18,399 nt of DNA from Bdellovibrionota bacterium (GTDB lineage: Bacteria > Bdellovibrionota > UBA1018 > UBA923): contig JBFMCE010000080.1 in the NCBI GenBank assembly GCA_040754655.1, positions 1-18,399 of the forward strand, read 5' to 3'. The notes under the pieces were generated by a model. That model did not search any database. It had not been told where the DNA came from and saw only the letters and a program-made list of their open reading frames with translations. The translations under genes and the position numbers were made by a program. Below, one piece after another: positions 16,642 through 18,399 of the stretch; within the stretch, counting starts at the first letter, position 1; each line of letters begins with the position of its first letter.

Positions 16642-17370
16642 ATGAAAAACGCTTTGTTTATCCTGCTAGCCAGTCTCTACGCGAGCAACCCATCGTTTGC
16701 TGCGGATCAGCCTCCGGGGGGTAGTTTCCACAACAATAAGACTTTAGACTTTACGCTCGAGTTTTGGGGCCGAGATAAGTCTTATTCCTTAAGAACACTT
16801 GGCTCAGCAGAGCTGGAAGAGTGGATCAAGGAAAAATATAAGCGTTTTCAGCCATGGTCACTGGAAGATTTTACTAGAAACAATGCGACTGGATTTGATT
16901 CGAGAGAAAACCCAAGATTGCATGAAGAGCCCTATTACAGGGGCGTAGTTGCCATTTCTGAGACAGGAATCACCCTTGGTTACGTTCTGACTACTTGGGA
17001 CCTGAGCCGCGATCCTTACCAAGCTAACTTTCGACTTATTATTGAACCTGACCTTCCTGTCGCGGAACGCTACAGGATTTTTCATAAACTCATGACTCAC
17101 ATGCGCATGAATCTAAAGAGGTCAGGTTTTTTTGAGGTTCCGCTCCAAGACACTCAGATTGCAAGTCAACTGGGCTTAGTTTTGCGAAACTCGGACCCGC
17201 CATATCGACATCCCTATCCCTATATTGAGCACGAAACAATCTTTGTCGATCCAGCAGGCAAGAACCGCTTTGACCTTTCAGACAGAGGGCTTGTGCGAAT
17301 AGTATTTGGTGAGAAACCGAATCTAAGAAAAGACGGCATCGCCGTGTGTTCCAGGCACCTCGAACCGTAG
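16642..17370 (+). CDS. Hypothetical secreted protein, possible degenerate GNAT-like fold
   Basis: Signal peptide MKNALFILLASLYASNPSFA|A. The central GVVAISETGITLGYV...LIIEPD...IFHKLMTHMRMNLKRSGFFEV resembles the GNAT beta/alpha pattern. Confidence 0.7.
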   Translation: MKNALFILLASLYASNPSFAADQPPGGSFHNNKTLDFTLEFWGRDKSYSLRTLGSAELEEWIKEKYKRFQPWSLEDFTRNNATGFDSRENPRLHEEPYYRGVVAISETGITLGYVLTTWDLSRDPYQANFRLIIEPDLPVAERYRIFHKLMTHMRMNLKRSGFFEVPLQDTQIASQLGLVLRNSDPPYRHPYPYIEHETIFVDPAGKNRFDLSDRGLVRIVFGEKPNLRKDGIAVCSRHLEP

Positions 17371-17509
17371 AGAAAACTGTGTTCATCAAGGCACGCGGGG
17401 TCGATTCGCCTTGGTGCTGAAAAAAACATACCGCGAGCTCGGTCGCGCGATGTTTGGCAGTGGGGCTGACTCAAAGATTCCACGACAGATCTGCAGGCTG
17501 TCTATCAGC

Positions 17510-17538
17510 AAAAAAGTTCAGGCGGGCAGGGGGCGCCT
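17510..17538 (-). terminator. Putative intrinsic terminator
   Basis: On the minus strand, AGGCG-ccccctgcc-CGCCT-gaac-TTTTTT starts at the TAG of the 17537 ORF. Confidence 0.45.
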
Positions 17539-18399
17539 AGTATCGAGTGTGACTGGGTTTTAAGATCCATTTTGTCAGCAAAGGCTGGCAGATCTTTTTA
17601 GGAAGCCGAAAGACGATGGGACACTGAGACTTATAGGTCTCGAAAGTCTTTTCTAAAAATTGGTTTCCCTGTTCGACGATAGCAGTAAATCCAGCGCTTT
17701 CGCGTGCGCGTTGTTTGGCCTGGTCAACAAGCAGAGAAGCACGACTATACACGTAGCGCGGATCAAGCCGCTTCTCGTTTAAACCTTTTTCGAGGGCGAA
17801 AAGAAGCCCAATAAATTGTTCTTTCGGTAATGGCCGGTCAAGAGGGACGTTCACAATGAGGTTGAACGCGATTTCCAAAATTCCTGTGAGATTGCTATAA
17901 ACACTGGGTTCGTTTTTTCGGGTTGGATGCGAGCTTAAATCAGAAAGTCCCTTGGTGAGAAGGTCTCCTACTCAGGGTCGACTGAGGTAGTCTTGACCTG
18001 GGAAATCATGGCTCAGGCTAGTAACACTGGCTGCAACTCCTCCTAGATTTTTGCTTTGAATGCGTCTTCCCATCTCAATGAGGAAAAGGCTCAGTACGAC
18101 TCGTAGATCCTCGTAACCCCGTAATGTCGTCCACTCGAGTGCGGTTTTGAGATGGCGATTAAGCCCCCCGTTTTCTGTGAACATAGCCCGGGTTCCTTGC
18201 CAATGATTTTAAACACTTGAGACTGCGCTTGAGCTTCAAACGATGGGATGAGGTCTTTAAGCAATAAGAGGGTTTGTTCCGTCGATGGGATGCCATTTTC
18301 CGTAGTGTCGGAGGGGGCAGCATTTACAGAATGATTGAATGCTGCGCAAAGGATTAATGTATAAATAAAAAATATTTTAATGAAAGGCCTCTGGTCCGG
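17537..18399 (-). pseudogene. Disrupted secreted-protein gene, 5' end beyond the window
   Basis: One frame is open from 18399 with a signal peptide (KIFFIYTLILCAAFNHSVNA|A) and stops at 18093-18091. The 18184..17972 ORF overlaps it in the -1 frame around a G6 run (18169-18164). That ORF's TGA (17974-17972) is followed in the same frame by uninterrupted coding sequence through 17878 to the TAG at 17537. Confidence 0.65.

Noticed and set aside
17972..17974. Selenocysteine or stop-codon readthrough at the in-frame TGA
   Set aside because: There is no redox-motif context and no convincing SECIS downstream, and the gene has a second lesion.
18241..18345. 10-bp direct repeat CGATGGGATG (18241, 18283) and a GCAGCATT/AATGCTGC inverted repeat
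   Set aside because: Both lie inside coding sequence (IPS encoded twice) and there are only two copies, so this is not a CRISPR-like array.

Overview
An ~18.4 kb bacterial window at roughly 50% GC. Gene content and style suggest Bdellovibrionota/Oligoflexia (inference). The core is an amine/aldehyde catabolic cluster (ALDH - gabT-type aminotransferase - ALDH - mltA, then a PaaI thioesterase). A zinc M14 carboxypeptidase is divergent from it, and an APC amino-acid/polyamine permease plus a putative outer-membrane protein converge on it. Several orphan secreted proteins flank the cluster. Two co-oriented Y1/HUH (RAYT/TnpA-REP-like) transposase genes bracket the region. The first is cut by the left edge (<1..522). 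The second (15809..16482) is split by a -1 frameshift that leaves its catalytic Tyr outside the called ORF. Both carry long, unrelated low-complexity inserts at the same position. Non-coding features include a 125-bp MITE-like element (11763..11887), a palindrome-rich ~220-bp element bounded by inverted repeats (657..877), and several sigma70-like promoters, two of them apparently leaderless or nearly so. A broken secreted-protein gene runs off the right edge. No rRNA, tRNA or CRISPR array was recognised.
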